From Chiloscyllium plagiosum (Eukaryota): 64,000 nt of DNA. Where the stretch lies: positions 4,301,137-4,365,136 of the forward strand of contig NC_057751.1 of the NCBI RefSeq assembly GCF_004010195.1. Reading direction: 5' to 3'. The notes beneath the pieces are model-generated. The model saw only the letters and a program-made list of their open reading frames with translations. It had not been told where the DNA came from and ran no database searches. Positions 14,001 to 27,189 of the stretch are shown in pieces (the stretch's first letter is position 1; every line of letters begins with the position of its first letter). Position numbers and translations under genes: made by a program.

Positions 14001-14394
14001 TGTATCTGGGAGATTGTTGAGTGTTCTTCAGATCTGTAACATGTTCTGTGAAGGTCATCATGGCAAGAATGTTGGACAGGAAATTCCGCGCGAGCAAGTT
14101 ATGAATAAGATAGATCTCTCAAGATAGAGCAGCAGTCAACCATTGAACATCCAATCGAGGGACAATTGGCCAAATGGTCTCTTGATTTGTCAAGCTGGGA
14201 AGTTTCAAATAAAATGGGAAAGGAATGTGAAGTAATTGGCTTGGAAATACTTCTTTGCAATTTGAGCAGTTGTTCCTGCTCACCAGTTGAACAATGTTTT
14301 TTCAAAGGTTTGTCGTAACTCTTTGTTTTTGTACTTTCTGCTTGTTTCTGAAGCCAACAATCTCTGATGCCCTTTCGGCAGTCTGAAATGGTTA

Positions 14395-15260
14395 CTTGCC
14401 ATGTTTGGATGAGGAAGTGGAAGGGTGGGTTAGTAAGTTTGCCGATGACACCAAAATCAGTGGAGTTGTGGATCATGAGGGGGGCTGTTGTCGGTTGCAA
14501 TGGGACATTGACAGGATGCAGAGCTGTGCTGAGTAATGCAGATGGAGTTCAAACTAGAAAAGTGTGATTCATTTTGTAAGGTCGAATTTGAAGATTACAG
14601 GGTGAAAGGCAGGATTCTTGGCAGTGTGGAGGAACAAACGGATCTTGGGTTCCACGTCGACAGATCCCTTCAAGTTGATATAGATGTTACGAAGGCATAT
14701 GATGTATTGGCTTTCAGTAGCAGAGGGATTTAATTTAAGAGCCACAAGGTTATGCTGCAGCTCTAAAAAGCTTGGGATATGGTGTTCAGTTCTGGATGTG
14801 GAAGCTTTAGAGAGGGTGCAGAGGAGATTTAACAGAATGCTGCCTGGACTGAGGGCATGTCTTATGAAGAAAAGTTGAGAGAGTTAGGACTTTTCTTATT
14901 GGAGTGAAGGAGGATGAGAGGTGACTTGATAGAAGTGTACAAGGTGATGAGGCATAAATAAAGTGGATAGCCAAAGACTTTTTCTCAGTGGAAATGGCTA
15001 TCACGAAGGGGCATCATTTTAAGGTAATTGGACGAAAGTTTGGGGGAGATGTTAGAGGTAGGTTCTTCACACAGAGTGGTGGATGCATGGAATGCACTGC
15101 CAGCATTGTTAGGAGACATTAGGGACATTTAAGCGACTCTTGGATAGGTACATGGATAAGAGTAAAATGGAGGGGTATGGAGGTTGATCTGATGTTCGAG
15201 TAGGATAAAAGGTTAGCACAACGTCGAGGGCTGAAGGGCCTGTACTGTTGTCTGTTCTAT
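14395..15260 (+). mobile_element. CR1-type LINE 3' fragment
   Basis: KFADDT-like and MEF..EKC remnants, ERVQRRFNRMLPGL, and a CR1 3' UTR. Confidence 0.8.
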
Positions 15261-15269
15261 GCCCCTTGA

Positions 15270-17435
15270 GAAGGAGTAGATGAGGTGCGATTAGGCAAGA
15301 ATTAGGATGCATAGAATGGGGTAGCAAAATGCAGGGGATGCAGACAATGGAAATGTGGAGCTGGTTTAAGGAACAGATATTGCGTGTCCTTGATAGGTAT
15401 GTCCCTGTCAGGCAGGGAGGAAGTGATAAGGTAAGGGAACTGAGGTTTACTTGAGAAATTGCATCTGTTGTTAAGCAGAAGAAGGAGGCTTATGTGTTGA
15501 TGAGGCAAGATGGTTCAGATGAGGCGATGGAGAGTTACAGATCAGCAAGGAAGGATTTAAAGAGAGAGTTAAGAAGAGCAAAGAGAGGACACGAGCAGTC
15601 TTTAGCAAATAGAATAAAGGAGAACCCTAAAGCTTTCTATAGGTATGTGAGGAATAAAAGGATAACTATGATAGGAACAGGGCCAGTCAAAGACAGAAGT
15701 GGAAGTTGAGTGTGGACCCTGTGGAGATCGGAAAGGTGCTAAATGAACATTTCTCACAGTTTTCACTCAGGAAAAGGAGAACATTGTACAGGAGAAGAAT
15801 GAGGTACGAGATATTAGACAAGAAAGGATCGAGGTTAGTTACGAACAGGTATTATTAATTCAAGAAGGAGGGAAGGTAGACAAGTCCTCTGGGCCGGATG
15901 GTATTCTGTGTGAAGCTAGGGAAGGAAACAGCAGAGCTTTTGGCTTTGATATTTGAGCCGTCATTGTCTACAAATTTAGCGCCAGAGGACTGGAGGATTG
16001 CAACTGTTGTGCCCTTGTTCGAGAAGGGCAGTAGAGATGACCCAGATCATAATAGACCAATAAGCCTTACTTCTGTTGTAGGAAAGGTTTTGGAAAGGAT
16101 TATAAGAGATAAGATTTATAATCATCGAGCAAGCAACAATTTGATTTCAGATCGTCAACATGCATTCGTCAGGTCATGTCTCTCAAACCTCATTGAGTTT
16201 TTTGAGAAGGTGACCAAGCAAGTAGATGAGGGTAGGGCAGTTGACGTGCTATACATGGTCTTCAGTAAAGCCTTTGATAAGGTTCCACATGGTAGGCTTT
16301 TGGAGAAAATGCAGTGGCATGGAATTGAGGGTGACTTAGCAGTTTGGATTAGAAACTGGCTTTCTGAAAGAAGGCAGCGAGTGGTGGTTGATGGAAAATA
16401 TTCAGCCGGGAGTCCAGTTACTAGTGGTGTGCCACAAGGATCTGTTTTGGTACCACTGCTGATTGTCAGTTTTATAAATGACTTAGACGCAGACAAAGGT
16501 GGATGGATTAGTAAATTTGCAGACAGCACTAAAGTCGATGGAGTAGTAGGCAGTGTGGAAGAATGTTACAGGCTGCGGGGGGACTTGGATAAACTGCAAA
16601 ATTGGGCTGAGAGGTGGCAAATGGAGTTCAATGCAGCTAAATGTGAGGTGATGCACTTTGGGAAGAATAACAGGAAGGCAGAGTACTGGGTCAATGGAAA
16701 GATTCTTGGTAGTGTGGATGTGCAGAGGATCTTGGAGTCTATGTGCACAGATCCCTGAAAGTTGCTACCCAGGTGGACAGTGCTGTGAAGAAGGCATACG
16801 GTGTGTTAGGTTTCATTGAGGGATTGAGTTCCGGAGCCGCAATATCATGCTGCAATTATACAAAACGCGAGTGCGGCCACACTTGGAATATTGTGTACAG
16901 TTCTGGTCTCCATATTTCGGTAAGGATGTGGAAGCATTGGAAAAGGTGCAGAGAAGATTTACCAGGATGTTGTCTGGTCTGGAGGGAAGGTCTTATGAGG
17001 AAAGGCTGAGAGACTTGAACCTGTTCTCATTGGAATGAAGATGGCTAAGAGGGGATTTGATAGAGACATATAAGGATGTTCAGAGGTTTAGGTTGGGTAG
17101 ACAGTGAAAATATTTTTCCAAGGATGATTATGTCAGCTTGTACGAAGGGGTATAACTGTAAATTGAGGGGTGATAGATTTAAGACAGATGTCAGAGGCAG
17201 GTCCTTTACATAGAGAGTGGTGAGGACGTGGAATGCACGACCTGCTAATGTAGTCAACTCTGCCACATTAGGGAGATTTAAACAATCCCTGGATAAACAC
17301 ATAGATGATGAAGGGCTAGTATAGGGGGATGAGCTGAGAATAGTTCACCAGGTCGGCGCAACATCGAGGGCCGAATGAGCCTGCTCTGTGTTGTTTTGTT
17401 TTATAGTTCCATGTTGTTCTATATTGTTCTATTCT
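15270..17435 (+). mobile_element. 5'-truncated CR1-type LINE (ORF2 reverse transcriptase)
   Basis: ORF 15898-16758 has [19 protein letters not shown] and KFADSTK; it continues through frameshifts and ends in a (ttcta)n-like tail. Confidence 0.92.
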
Positions 17436-19423
17436 ACAAACAATGCTGAATTTGCAATAAATACATGTATGTGACAATAAACCATACCAAATCTACCCCT
17501 CCTACCCCTTGCTGCCCATGTCGGTAGATACTAGCGTCTCACTTTCTGATGGCAAGCAGCAATAGGACAATCACTTGGACACCCTGGCATCGAACACACT
17601 TGAAGGCCAAGGTGCAACCACGAGGTTCAACTGAGTGAGGAACCCAAGAACCCTGAGGTTGCCCCTTCAAGGTCTGGACTTGAGGAGCAAACCTTCAGTC
17701 CACAGGATGCTAATTTTGGTCAGGGCTGATTTTTCCCCCATGTTCAACTGACCAGTCTTTATCCTGGGGATCATAACCTGATCTCAGTGCAAAGAGTGAC
17801 ACAGTATTTACAAGGATTATACAAAGTTCACCAGGATGTTGCCAGGATTGAAGCTACAGGGAGAAGCTGAACGGACTGGGGCTGTTTTCTCTGGAGNNNN
17901 NNNNNNNNNNNNNNNNNNNNNNNNNNNNNNNNGCTGCCAGAGGAAGTGGTGGAGGCTGCTACAATTACAGCACTTAATAGGCATCTTGATGGGTATATGA
18001 ATAGGAAGTGTTGAGAGGGATATGGGACTGGCAAGTGGGATGAGATTGATTCCAGATATCTGTCCAGAAGTGTCAAGGCCAGTACTCTGTCTCTGTTCAA
18101 TGAACCCAAGAAGGAAAATGGGAACTCTGTTTCTCTCTCCCGAGATGTTGCGAGAGTTATAGAATATCTCCAGCATTTTCTGTTTTTATTTCAGACTTAA
18201 ACAGTGTTGTATTTTAATCAGAAGAAACAATGATTTGGTTTAATGTTCACTCTGCTGCTGGTGCTGCTTGTGGTGTTCCTGCAGGAAGAGCTGCTGTCAC
18301 ACTCTGGCACACTCACGTGCCCTGTGCCACCTTCACACATCCACCAACCGGCTGTGATATCCGTCCTCCAACAGTGTGTGTGGGTCTGGCCTCACTGCTG
18401 CTTCCCAACCTGCCCATGAAAGGAGCGCTGTAGCTTTTCAGCTGGAGCCAGATGGCTGAAATAATAACATTTTCTCTGTAAATGCAATCTTTTACATTCA
18501 TTTTGACCTATCAATTTCAAGTATTTCTACATTTATCCAATGATCTGTGATTGAAATTTTAACACGTTTTTGCACTTATATTTCAAAGGCTTCTATTTTC
18601 TTCCATTAGGTCACTCTCAATCTTTTTCATGAATTACTTCCCTCTTTCTGAATAAACAGGGTCTGCAGATGGGATTGACATCCATTGTTCTCCCCTCTGG
18701 TCCTTTTAAAAATCAAGATAAACTCGACCGTCGTCAATGAGCCTAAATGAACAGTCAGCTCGAGCTTGGAGATGATAATGTTGGATATAAATTAGGAAGT
18801 TACACTGACTGACTTTCCACTTCCAGTCTTCTCATTGGCCAGGCTGGCATCATTGGTCACCTGATGTGTCCATCCGCATGATACATTGCCCTCTTTCATC
18901 AGTGGGAAAGCTAACAAACTCTTCTGTGTGTGACTGGATAACTCTCATCTGTCTGGGCAAAAGAAATCTCTCACACCTCCAACACATTTGTGATTTATAC
19001 ACAAACATATTCAAAAGCAAATGTGTTTTTTAAAAATGCCTCACATTCTTTCATCCAGGTTGCTCAGAATTCAGTGAATGAACAAGAATGTGGGTTTAAA
19101 CCTGAAGTGTAGGTCAAGGCCCCATTGTGCACATCAATGAGGCTCAGGAGATCTCAACTGGACATCTTCCCTCTTAAGAGTTGTCCTCATCCAAAACCAT
19201 TCTGTTTACCCATCTATCTGCATTTTGTGGCTTTTTATCTATATCAAAGCATACAGATGCTTTCCAATGCTGTGTCATACATCTCCAACCCTTTCTGCTT
19301 TTACATTTCCATTATGAATTTTCATTGTATCCTTATTGGTAAGGACATTGATTGGGTTTTCATGAGCTTCATAGAAAGAAAGATTTGTGTTTATAATAGA
19401 CACTTTCCAGACCTCAAAACCAG

Positions 19424-20146
19424 TGTTATGAAGATGTAAGGGGCACCTTTTAAAAGAGTGTAAAAGCTTGCAAGGACTTAGAGAAGCACACAGAGTACTG
19501 GAAAATTTAAAATCTAACATTAGGTCGAACAGGTAGATTAGCTGGGTTGCCTGGATACAAAAACAATTTCAAATTTGGCCAATCAGTTTACATTGTGCCC
19601 CAAGATACCAAACTCCAATCAAGTTTGAATTTAGTATTTTGACAACATTAACACCAGTGAAACGATCCGATGCTTTGGGGCATAAAACCCCCAAAATGGG
19701 AAAAATTGAACAGTTGAGGGAGAACTGTCAAGCCACCAACATTTACAGACTGCCCACAAAATAACTCTCTTAAAGGTACCTTTGTCTATCAGTGACCTGT
19801 GAAACATAATCCCTAAGAAGAAAAGAAGACAGAGGAAGATGCAAAGCGATGATTCAACAAATGGATGGTTTGAACTTTAGATTTTTTGGTAAATCTTAAT
19901 TTGTGGTTTTATTGGACCAGTATTGTATAAGGGAAAGTAAAAGATAGATGAGAGAAAGGAGTTGTAAACAGTTGTGAGTTAATTATTCTCTGTAAGACTT
20001 TAACAACTGTATTTGTTTTTACTTTAAATAGTGACTTTTGGGATAGTTCCTTGCCTCTCGAATTTTCACAGATTACCGCATGGGGTAAATCTGTTCTGTG
20101 TTGCTGGTTTAAATTAGCAGGGAGGTGTTTACCTTGTGTCGTAACA
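19424..20146 (+). mobile_element. Solo LTR (family A)
   Basis: Termini TGTTATGA...TCGTAACA with a 4-bp TSD CCAG (19420-19423 / 20147-20150). Homologous copies at 21218-22122 and 48332-49032. Confidence 0.8.
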
Positions 20147-20794
20147 CCAGTGAAGTACTTCTGAAGTGTAGTCCACTGTCGTAAGGTAGGAAACATTGGT
20201 AGGGCCAGGGAAGAGTCACGAGAATGGTTTGAAGTTATGACAAAAGGCTTACAGAACTTGTCTTATTTCTTTAAAGCCAAGGAAATAGAGAAATGACTTG
20301 ATCCAGTTCTTTCAAAATCCAGAGAGGCAAAGGTGACACTAACTGAGTGACTCTATTTAATTTATAACATGAAGAGAAGATTAAAGTCACCCATCCCGAA
20401 ATCGAACTGAAGATGAGAAGCACCTTCTTTAGCGTAGTTAGTCAATAAAATGGAAACAAAACAAAAAAGGAACAACCATTTTCACCCTCCGTCCAAGTGG
20501 GTGTCATTGGCTCTTGAAATTTGCCTTGAAATGTCAGTGAAATTTGAACACTCTTTTCACCCCGTCTCAACCCATTCACTCGAAACCCTTCAAAATTGGA
20601 ACACTTCAATCAAATTGCCTTATCGTTCACTGCTCTGAGGAAAATTATCTCATTTCTTCATTCTCTCCGTGTAACTGAACTCCCTTCAATCTGTTACCAT
20701 TCCAGCTTTTCTATTTATTAAATAAGCTCGTTGAGTCCTGGGATTTGCTGTCTCCTGTTATCATAATTGTCCATTACCAGCCTGGGTCCAGTTT

Positions 20795-21110
20795 CTGTAA
20801 AAGGTTTGCACCATAGCGAGAGGTTGAATAGGCGAGGGCTATTTTCCCCGGAGTGTCGGAGGCTGAGCGGTGACTTTAGAGGAGGTTTATGAAATCATGA
20901 GGGGTCTGGATAAGGTGAATAGATAAGGTCTTTTCCCAGGGAGGGGAGTCCAAAATCAGAAGATATAGTCTAAGGTGAGAGGGGAAAGATTTAGTCGGAC
21001 CTAAGGGGCAACATTTTCACCCGGAGAGTAATGTGTGGATGGAATGAGCTGCCAGAGGAAGTAGTGGAGGCTGGTACAATTACAACATTTAAAAGGCATC
21101 TGGATAATTG
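20795..21110 (+). mobile_element. CR1-type LINE fragment
   Basis: gaggttgaatagg...ggaggctggtacaattacaacatttaaaaggcatctgga. Confidence 0.75.
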
Positions 21111-21217
21111 ACAAAATGTAACTGAAGAAGCTGTACTGAGGCACCTTTGGATCTAAGATAGATCTGTAAGTGACAACTAATAAACTTTTCAATGGACTCA
21201 TTTGCGTACGTGACAAC

Positions 21218-22122
21218 TGTTACAACACTGGGTAAATCCCTTGCTAATTTAAATACGACACACAGAGAAGCTCACCTCATGCCATAATCTGTTAATTTTC
21301 GATGGGCAAAGAACTATCCCAGAGGTCACTATTTGAAGTAAAAATTAACAATTTTATTCTTTAAGTCCAACAGAGACCATTAAACCATAACTATTTACAA
21401 CTCCTTCCTCTTAAACCTATCTTTTACTTCCCACTCAACAATACTGCTCCGATTAAAAAAAAAACCCAGAAGAAGATTTACAAAAAAATCACATTTCAAA
21501 ACCAGTCAGCTTTGTTGGTTCTCCTTTGGAGACCTTTCTCTGGCTCGGTGTTCTGCTGCACAAATTTCTTATGGACAGGTAGCTTTCAGAGAGCTCTGTG
21601 GCTAACAGTCTATACTTGTTGGTGTTCTTGGCAGCTCTCCACCTAACTGTTCAAAATGTCTGTTTTATACCCAAAAACAGTGGGTCATTTAATTGGTTTT
21701 ATGTCATCAAATCAAATTTGATTAAAACTTGTTGTCTTTGGTTTCCTCTGGGTGCTCTGGTTTCCTCCCACAGTGCAAAGATGTGCAGGTTAGGCGAATT
21801 GGCCGTGCTAAATTGGCCTTACTGTTGAGGGATGTGTAGGTGAGGCATATTAGGAGAAATGTTGAGCAACAGGGTTAGGGGATTGGGTTATTCTTCGGAG
21901 GGTCGGTGTGGACTTGTTGGGTCGAATGGCCTGTTTCCACACTGTAGGGATTCTCTGATTCTATGAACTGATTGGCCAAATTCGAATTTGTTGTGTACCA
22001 CGGCAACTCAGCTGCACCTTTGGGTTCGCAGTCAAATATTACACTTTAGATTCTTTCAACCCACTCTATTTCAGCTTTCAGTCTCTCTTACAGGTACATT
22101 ACACACCTCTACCTTTGTAACA
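21218..22122 (-). mobile_element. Solo LTR (family A), inverted relative to 19424-20146, containing a SINE at about 21737-21965
   Basis: TGTTACA...TGTAACA termini, flanks CAAC/CAAT, and reverse-complement similarity to 19424-20146. Confidence 0.72.
21737..21965 (+). mobile_element. 5'-truncated HE1-like V-SINE
   Basis: ggtttcctctgggtgctctggtttcctcccacagtgcaaagatgtgcagg V-domain plus a LINE-like tail. Confidence 0.75.
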
Positions 22123-22409
22123 CAATAAAGCGAATTCAATTCATTTCAATTCAATAAATAGGAAGGGTGGAGAGGGATATGGGTCAAATGCTGGCATATG
22201 GGACTAGAGTAGGTGAGAATATCTGGTGGCCATGGGCAAGTTGGATCGAAGGATCTGTCTCTGTGCTGTACATTTCTACGATTCCCATGTCTTTTGCCCA
22301 ACTTCACAAACACAAGGCTTTATATTCCCATGGTCTGCCATTACACATTGGAGAAAGTGCCAAAGTCAAGGGTGTGATGCTGGAAAAGCACAGCCAGGTC
22401 AGGCAGCAT

Positions 22410-22900
22410 CCTGCCAATCAGCATGCAGCAATTAGCCCCGCCCATCGACGCCAGGCCCCTCCACATCGCCTTTGGACACGCCCCTGTCCCAAGATCCATG
22501 GTCTTGGCAGTGGTCCCGCCCCGCGGGGTGACGGGCAGCCGGTCGGACCAACCAACGAGCGATGGTGGCGTGGTCACGCGGACGGGGTGACGTCACGGAT
22601 GAGGAGACGGTTGTGGGAAGGGGCGGGGTTCCCTGGTGAAGGGGGCGGGCCCGCGGCGTCGTCAAGGCGACGCGGCCTAGTCGGCCTGGCGCTGGCCAGG
22701 ATGGTCAGTGAGGGTGAGGGAGGTGTAGCAGGGACACTGCTCTGGGTTGGGGGGGCGGTGGATTATAACCTGTGGAGGGTTTCCCGGGGAGGGTCTGTGC
22801 TGGTCCTGGTCCTGGTCCTGGTCCTGGTCCTGTCACTGCGCTCAAACCCATCACCATCAGGAAGACAGGGGCAGGCGGAGGCCGTTCAGCCCATCGAGTT
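22410..22900 (+). promoter_or_regulatory. CpG-island promoter, probably for the NUDT18 locus
   Basis: The most clearly CpG-dense island in the window. CCAAT at about 22414, perfect CRE TGACGTCA at 22588-22595, GC boxes at about 22620 and 22641, candidate first-exon donor ATG|GTCAGT at 22703/22704. Confidence 0.7.
22800..22832. repeat. (TGGTCC)5 hexamer repeat
   Basis: tggtcctggtcctggtcctggtcctggtcc. Confidence 0.85.
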
Positions 22901-23062
22901 CCAGAGCTGATCACCCTCCACTCCCAGCCTTTGCTCTGGATCCACTTTCCTGATTATAAATCTCTCTCTCTCAGCCTTCTGTATAGCAGTAGTCAGCCAT
23001 CTGCAGGAAGCAATCCCACTGATTCACCACCCTCTGACAGAAAGAAATTCCTCCTCATGGAT

Positions 23063-23392
23063 ATTAGATTAGGTTAGGTTAGATTCCCTACAGTGTTGGA
23101 AACAGGCCCTTCGGCCCAACAAATCCACACCGACCCAACAAATCCACACCGACCCTCCGAAGAGCAACCCACCCAGACCCATTCCCCTACATTTATCCCT
23201 TCATCTAACACTAAGCAATTTAGCATGGCCAATTCACCTGACCTGCACACCTTTGGACTGTGGGAGGAAACCCACGCAGACACGGGGAGAATGTGCAAAC
23301 TCCACACAGACAGTCGCCCGAGGCTGGGATCAAACCCGGGTCCCTGGCGCTGTGAGGCAACAGTGCTAACCACTGAGACACCGTGCCGCCCC
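23063..23392 (-). mobile_element. Full-length HE1-like tRNA-derived V-SINE
   Basis: Minus strand reads ggggcggcacggtgtctcagtggttagc (A box)...gggtttgatcc (B box)...tgtgtggagtttgcacattctcccc (V domain), with a (ctaa)n-like tail. Confidence 0.88.
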
Positions 23393-23685
23393 ATATCTTG
23401 AATGTGTGACCCTCCATTCACCCCTCCATCCCTTTGCTCTGAGGTGACGGCCCTCTGGTCCAAGACTCTTCCACAAGGGGAAGGGGCGTCCGTCGGAATT
23501 CGCCTCATCCGACCTCCATGTGACTGCAGACTGACAGCCATGTGCTTGACCCGGAACGCCTGGAGAAAGCAACGAAAGAGGAGTTATGGAGCATACAGTG
23601 TGGAAACAGACCAGCCTGTCCATGCCAACCAGACGTCCCAATCTGATCTAGTCCCACTTGCCAGCACTTGGCCCATACCCCTTGA

Positions 23686-24210
23686 AGTGGAGAGTGTGGC
23701 GCTGGAAAAGCATAGCAGGCCGCAGCATCCGAGGAGCAGGAGAATGGATGTATCGGGGCAAAAGCCCTTCATCAGGAATGAGGCTGGAAGCTTGATGGAT
23801 GGAGAGATAAATGGGAGGGGGTTGGGGTTGGGGTTAAGGTAGCTGAGAGTGCAAGAGGTGAATGGAGATTGGGGTAATGGTGATAGGTCGGAGGGGAGGG
23901 TGGAGCGGATAGGTGGAAAGGAAGACGGACAGATAGGACAGGTCCTGAGTACGGTGCTGAGATGGAAGGTTGGAATTGAGATAAGGTGGAGGGAGGGGAA
24001 ATGAGGAAACTGGTGAAGTCCACATTGATGCCATGGGGGTTGGAGAGTCCCGAGGTGGAAGATAAGGCGTTCTTCATCCAGGCGTCAGGTGGTTAGGGTT
24101 TGGCAAAGAAGGAGTCCCAGGACCTGCGGAGTGGGGGGTGGGGTTGTGGGGATGGTGTTGAAGTGTTTGGCCACAGGACAGTGGGGTTGGTAGTTGCAGG
24201 TGTCCCAGAG
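23686..24210 (-). mobile_element. Penelope-like element 3' end (GIY-YIG C-terminus, pyrimidine-rich UTR, pLTR with mutated hammerhead core)
   Basis: The minus strand encodes RLDEERLIFHLGTLQPHGINVDFTSF across a frameshift, typical of Neptune-type PLE endonuclease ends, followed by cctgatgaagggcttttgcccc... Confidence 0.78.
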
Positions 24211-24221
24211 CTGTTCTCTGA

Positions 24222-24930
24222 TGCCCATATCCCTTGAAACCCTTCCTGTTCATTTACCCATCCAGATGCCTTTTAAGTGTTGTCATTGTACCAACCTCCA
24301 CCACGTCCTCTGGCAGTTTGTTCCATGCGTGCATCACCATCTTCATGAAAAATGTTCTTCCTTTGGTCCCTTTTAACTTTTTCCCCTCTCATCTTAAACC
24401 TATTTCCTCTAGTTTTGGACTCCCATAACCTGGGGAAAAGACCTTGGCGATTCACCCTATCTGTGCCCCTCATGATTTTGTTAACCCCTATAAAGTCAGC
24501 CCTCAGCCTCCAACACTCCAGGGAAAACAGCCCCAGCCTATTCAGCCTCTTCCCAAAGCTCAAACGTCAAAGGCGGCCAACATCCTTGTAGATTTTTCCT
24601 GTTTAGCTACATCTTTCCTATATCAGGGAGACCAACATTGAACACAGTACGCTACAAGTGGCTGAAGCAATGTCCTGTCCAGCTGCAACATGACATCCCA
24701 AGTTGCATACTTAATGTACTGACCAATGAAGGCAAGTCTGCCAAATGCCTTCTTCACCACCCTGTCTACCTGTGACTCCACTTTCAACGAACGCTGCGCC
24801 TACTCCCCTTGGTTTCTTTGTTTGGCAACACTCCCAGAGACGTGCCATGCCTTGATTTGCCTTACCAAAATGTAATACCTCATATTTATCGAAATTAAAC
24901 TCCATCATCCACTCCTTGGCCCATTGGCCT
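24222..24930 (-). mobile_element. CR1-type LINE 3' fragment
   Basis: ORFs MEFNFDKYEVLHFG and RLNRLGLFSLE. Confidence 0.85.
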
Positions 24931-25750
24931 CCATGTCCCTTGGGTAGATGCCTATGTATTACTCATTCTATGTATTATTCCTTCTGCACTATAACACTTC
25001 TGTGATATCCTGTGTGGTATTGCTTGAAGTGGTGGTGATAGTTTCCCTGCTACACCTCAAACTTGATGTGAGACTCAGTCAGGGTCTCTCTGTATTAATG
25101 TCTCTTCAGAGTGACAGTGCAACTGACAGTGTCATGTTCCAACTCAAGGTCTCAGTTCAACTTCGGTGCGATGGAATTGTTTGACCTGCTCGCAGTTGCT
25201 GGGCTGGGCTGGGCCATTGCAGGCTTGGCTTTAGTGTTGATGCTGGTACGGAGCCTTTGAGCAGTTAGCAGTGAAGCAGGAGTGTCTCTCTGGCACTTGG
25301 GTTGTGAGTATTAATTAGTGTTTGGGCCAATTAAGCTGTTGATTGTTCACTGGGTGTGTGATGTCTCTTCCTCTGATTGACCTGAATTCTCTCCTCTTAA
25401 AGACACGAACTGTTATGGGACAGCCATTGGCAGCAGGAGTCCTGGTGGACCCTTCACTTTGTGGAACAGAGGTGCTATGTCGGATTGTCTCAGCATGCCA
25501 GGCCGATGCCCTGGTTGAGATCAGGTAATCTGGTTCCTTCTGACTCTGTCTGGCTTTGTGGAGGCTCACTGGGGGATGAGGGTGGTTCTGGATGTGACAG
25601 GCTCATGTGTTTTTTACAGGCCTTTTCTGTGTTTCCATTCCAATTAGTTCGTTAAAACTCGCAGCATGACTGTTCATATGTTTTTGGGTGGTGAGCTGCT
25701 GCTTCTCAAGGGTGACTTTATTGAAGAATGCCCTTTTTCCTCCCGGAGAC

Positions 25751-25900
25751 ATGGACTCGCTTGAAGATCAGCTGGAGCTGCTTCTGAAGGGAGAGGGCAT
25801 TGGAGTGCAGGGCTACATCTCTCCCCTGGAAGAAGTGGGGCTGCTAACTGTGCAGAAGACAGTCTGCTACATCGTCGCTGCAGTCATACTGAATGAGCAG
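25751..25900 (+). pseudogene. NUDT18: NUDT18 coding exon 1, copy A
   Basis: ATG...GAGCAG|gtaaga, 50 codons MDSLEDQLELLLKGEG...VILNEQ; upstream acceptor tttttacag| at 25619. Confidence 0.8.
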
Positions 25901-27189
25901 GTAAGAGGAGAGTTCCTCACTGACCTGCAGCCCTGTTAGCATTGGGCCTGTCAGGAACACAGTCCCGATCTGTGTGTGCCATAGTATCCCACTGCTGGCA
26001 CTGTGGCTGCTCTCCCTGAAACTTCGACACAGTGTGCCTGGACTTGTGTGCACAGGGCACAATGTCAGTATTTGTCAGCAACACAAGATGTATTGAGGAC
26101 AGGAGGACAGTGATACATTTTGAGAGGTTGGAGAAGTGGGCAGACTGGTGGCAGATACAGGTGAATGCAGAGAAGTGTGAGGTGGTCCTGCTGCCTTTCA
26201 CTCTTCCAAATGCAAAGCTCCACTCGTAAATGGGCGATACTGGAGCAGAGTGGATAGAAAGTTGACAGGGCACATTGAGAAGGCAGTGACTGAGGCATAC
26301 AGGACAGTAGATGCCTATGTACAAATCATTCTATGTATTATTCCTTCTGCACCATAACACTTCTGTGATATCCTGTGTGGTATTGCTTGAAGTGGTGGTG
26401 ACAGTTCCCTTGCAACACTTCAAACTTGATGCAAGACTCAGTCAGGGTCTATCTGTGTTAATGTCTTTTCAGGGTGACAGTGCATCTGACAATGTCATGT
26501 TCCCTCACTCCTGCACTGGAGTCAGTGTTGCCTGGGTGTTTGGGCTCAACCTCTGTTGTGTACGACTTCAATCCATAGAATTCTGCTTCAGGCAAGAGAG
26601 TACATTCAGAAACCGCCATGTTGGAACAAATGGAAAATAAATTACAGTTTGTGTGGATTTGTTAAAAGGTATGTGATAAACTTGAGAGTTCTTGCATCAA
26701 TTGGTGGGCAGATTGAGGGTGCTGCAAATACATATGGACTTTCTAAAGATACAGGGCCCGGGTAATTTCACACTCAGGATGAATGACCTCTTCTGAACTG
26801 CATTAATAATCTTGGAATTTATCAACAGTAAGTACAAAAACATGGTTGCTCTGTTTCGAGACAGTGTTGGCTAAATTCTCGACACCATATGTTTGCAAAG
26901 ATATGGGGGTTTTGGACAGGCATCAGAAGAGACTGATGAGTCCAGTAAATGGAGAGACTGGTGATTTCAGTCATGATGTTGCAAAACATGAAGGGTTATT
27001 TTGGATGAAATGAGATAGATTTCTGCCGTGCTGGTAACTGAGCATAAGAGTTGGTACTGATGCGCAGTAACTTGAAAGAACTGTGGAGTGGAATTAGATT
27101 CAATAGCAACAATTGAAACAGAATTGGAGCAAATATTGTACAATTAAAAGGAGGACCTTGGGTAGGGGTTCAGTTACATAATTGTTTGA

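Noticed and set aside
15898..16758. Active reverse transcriptase gene
   Set aside because: The copy is 5'-truncated and frameshifted on both sides, and the catalytic ADD motif reads ADS.
18635..18686. Minus-strand MDVNP... start resembling the influenza PB1 N-terminus
   Set aside because: Only a five-residue match, with a stop after 16 codons and no further viral similarity.
22167..22910. 247-aa ORF across the CpG island
   Set aside because: It starts in a CR1 tail, crosses a PLE fragment and a hexamer repeat, and is stop-poor only because of GC content.
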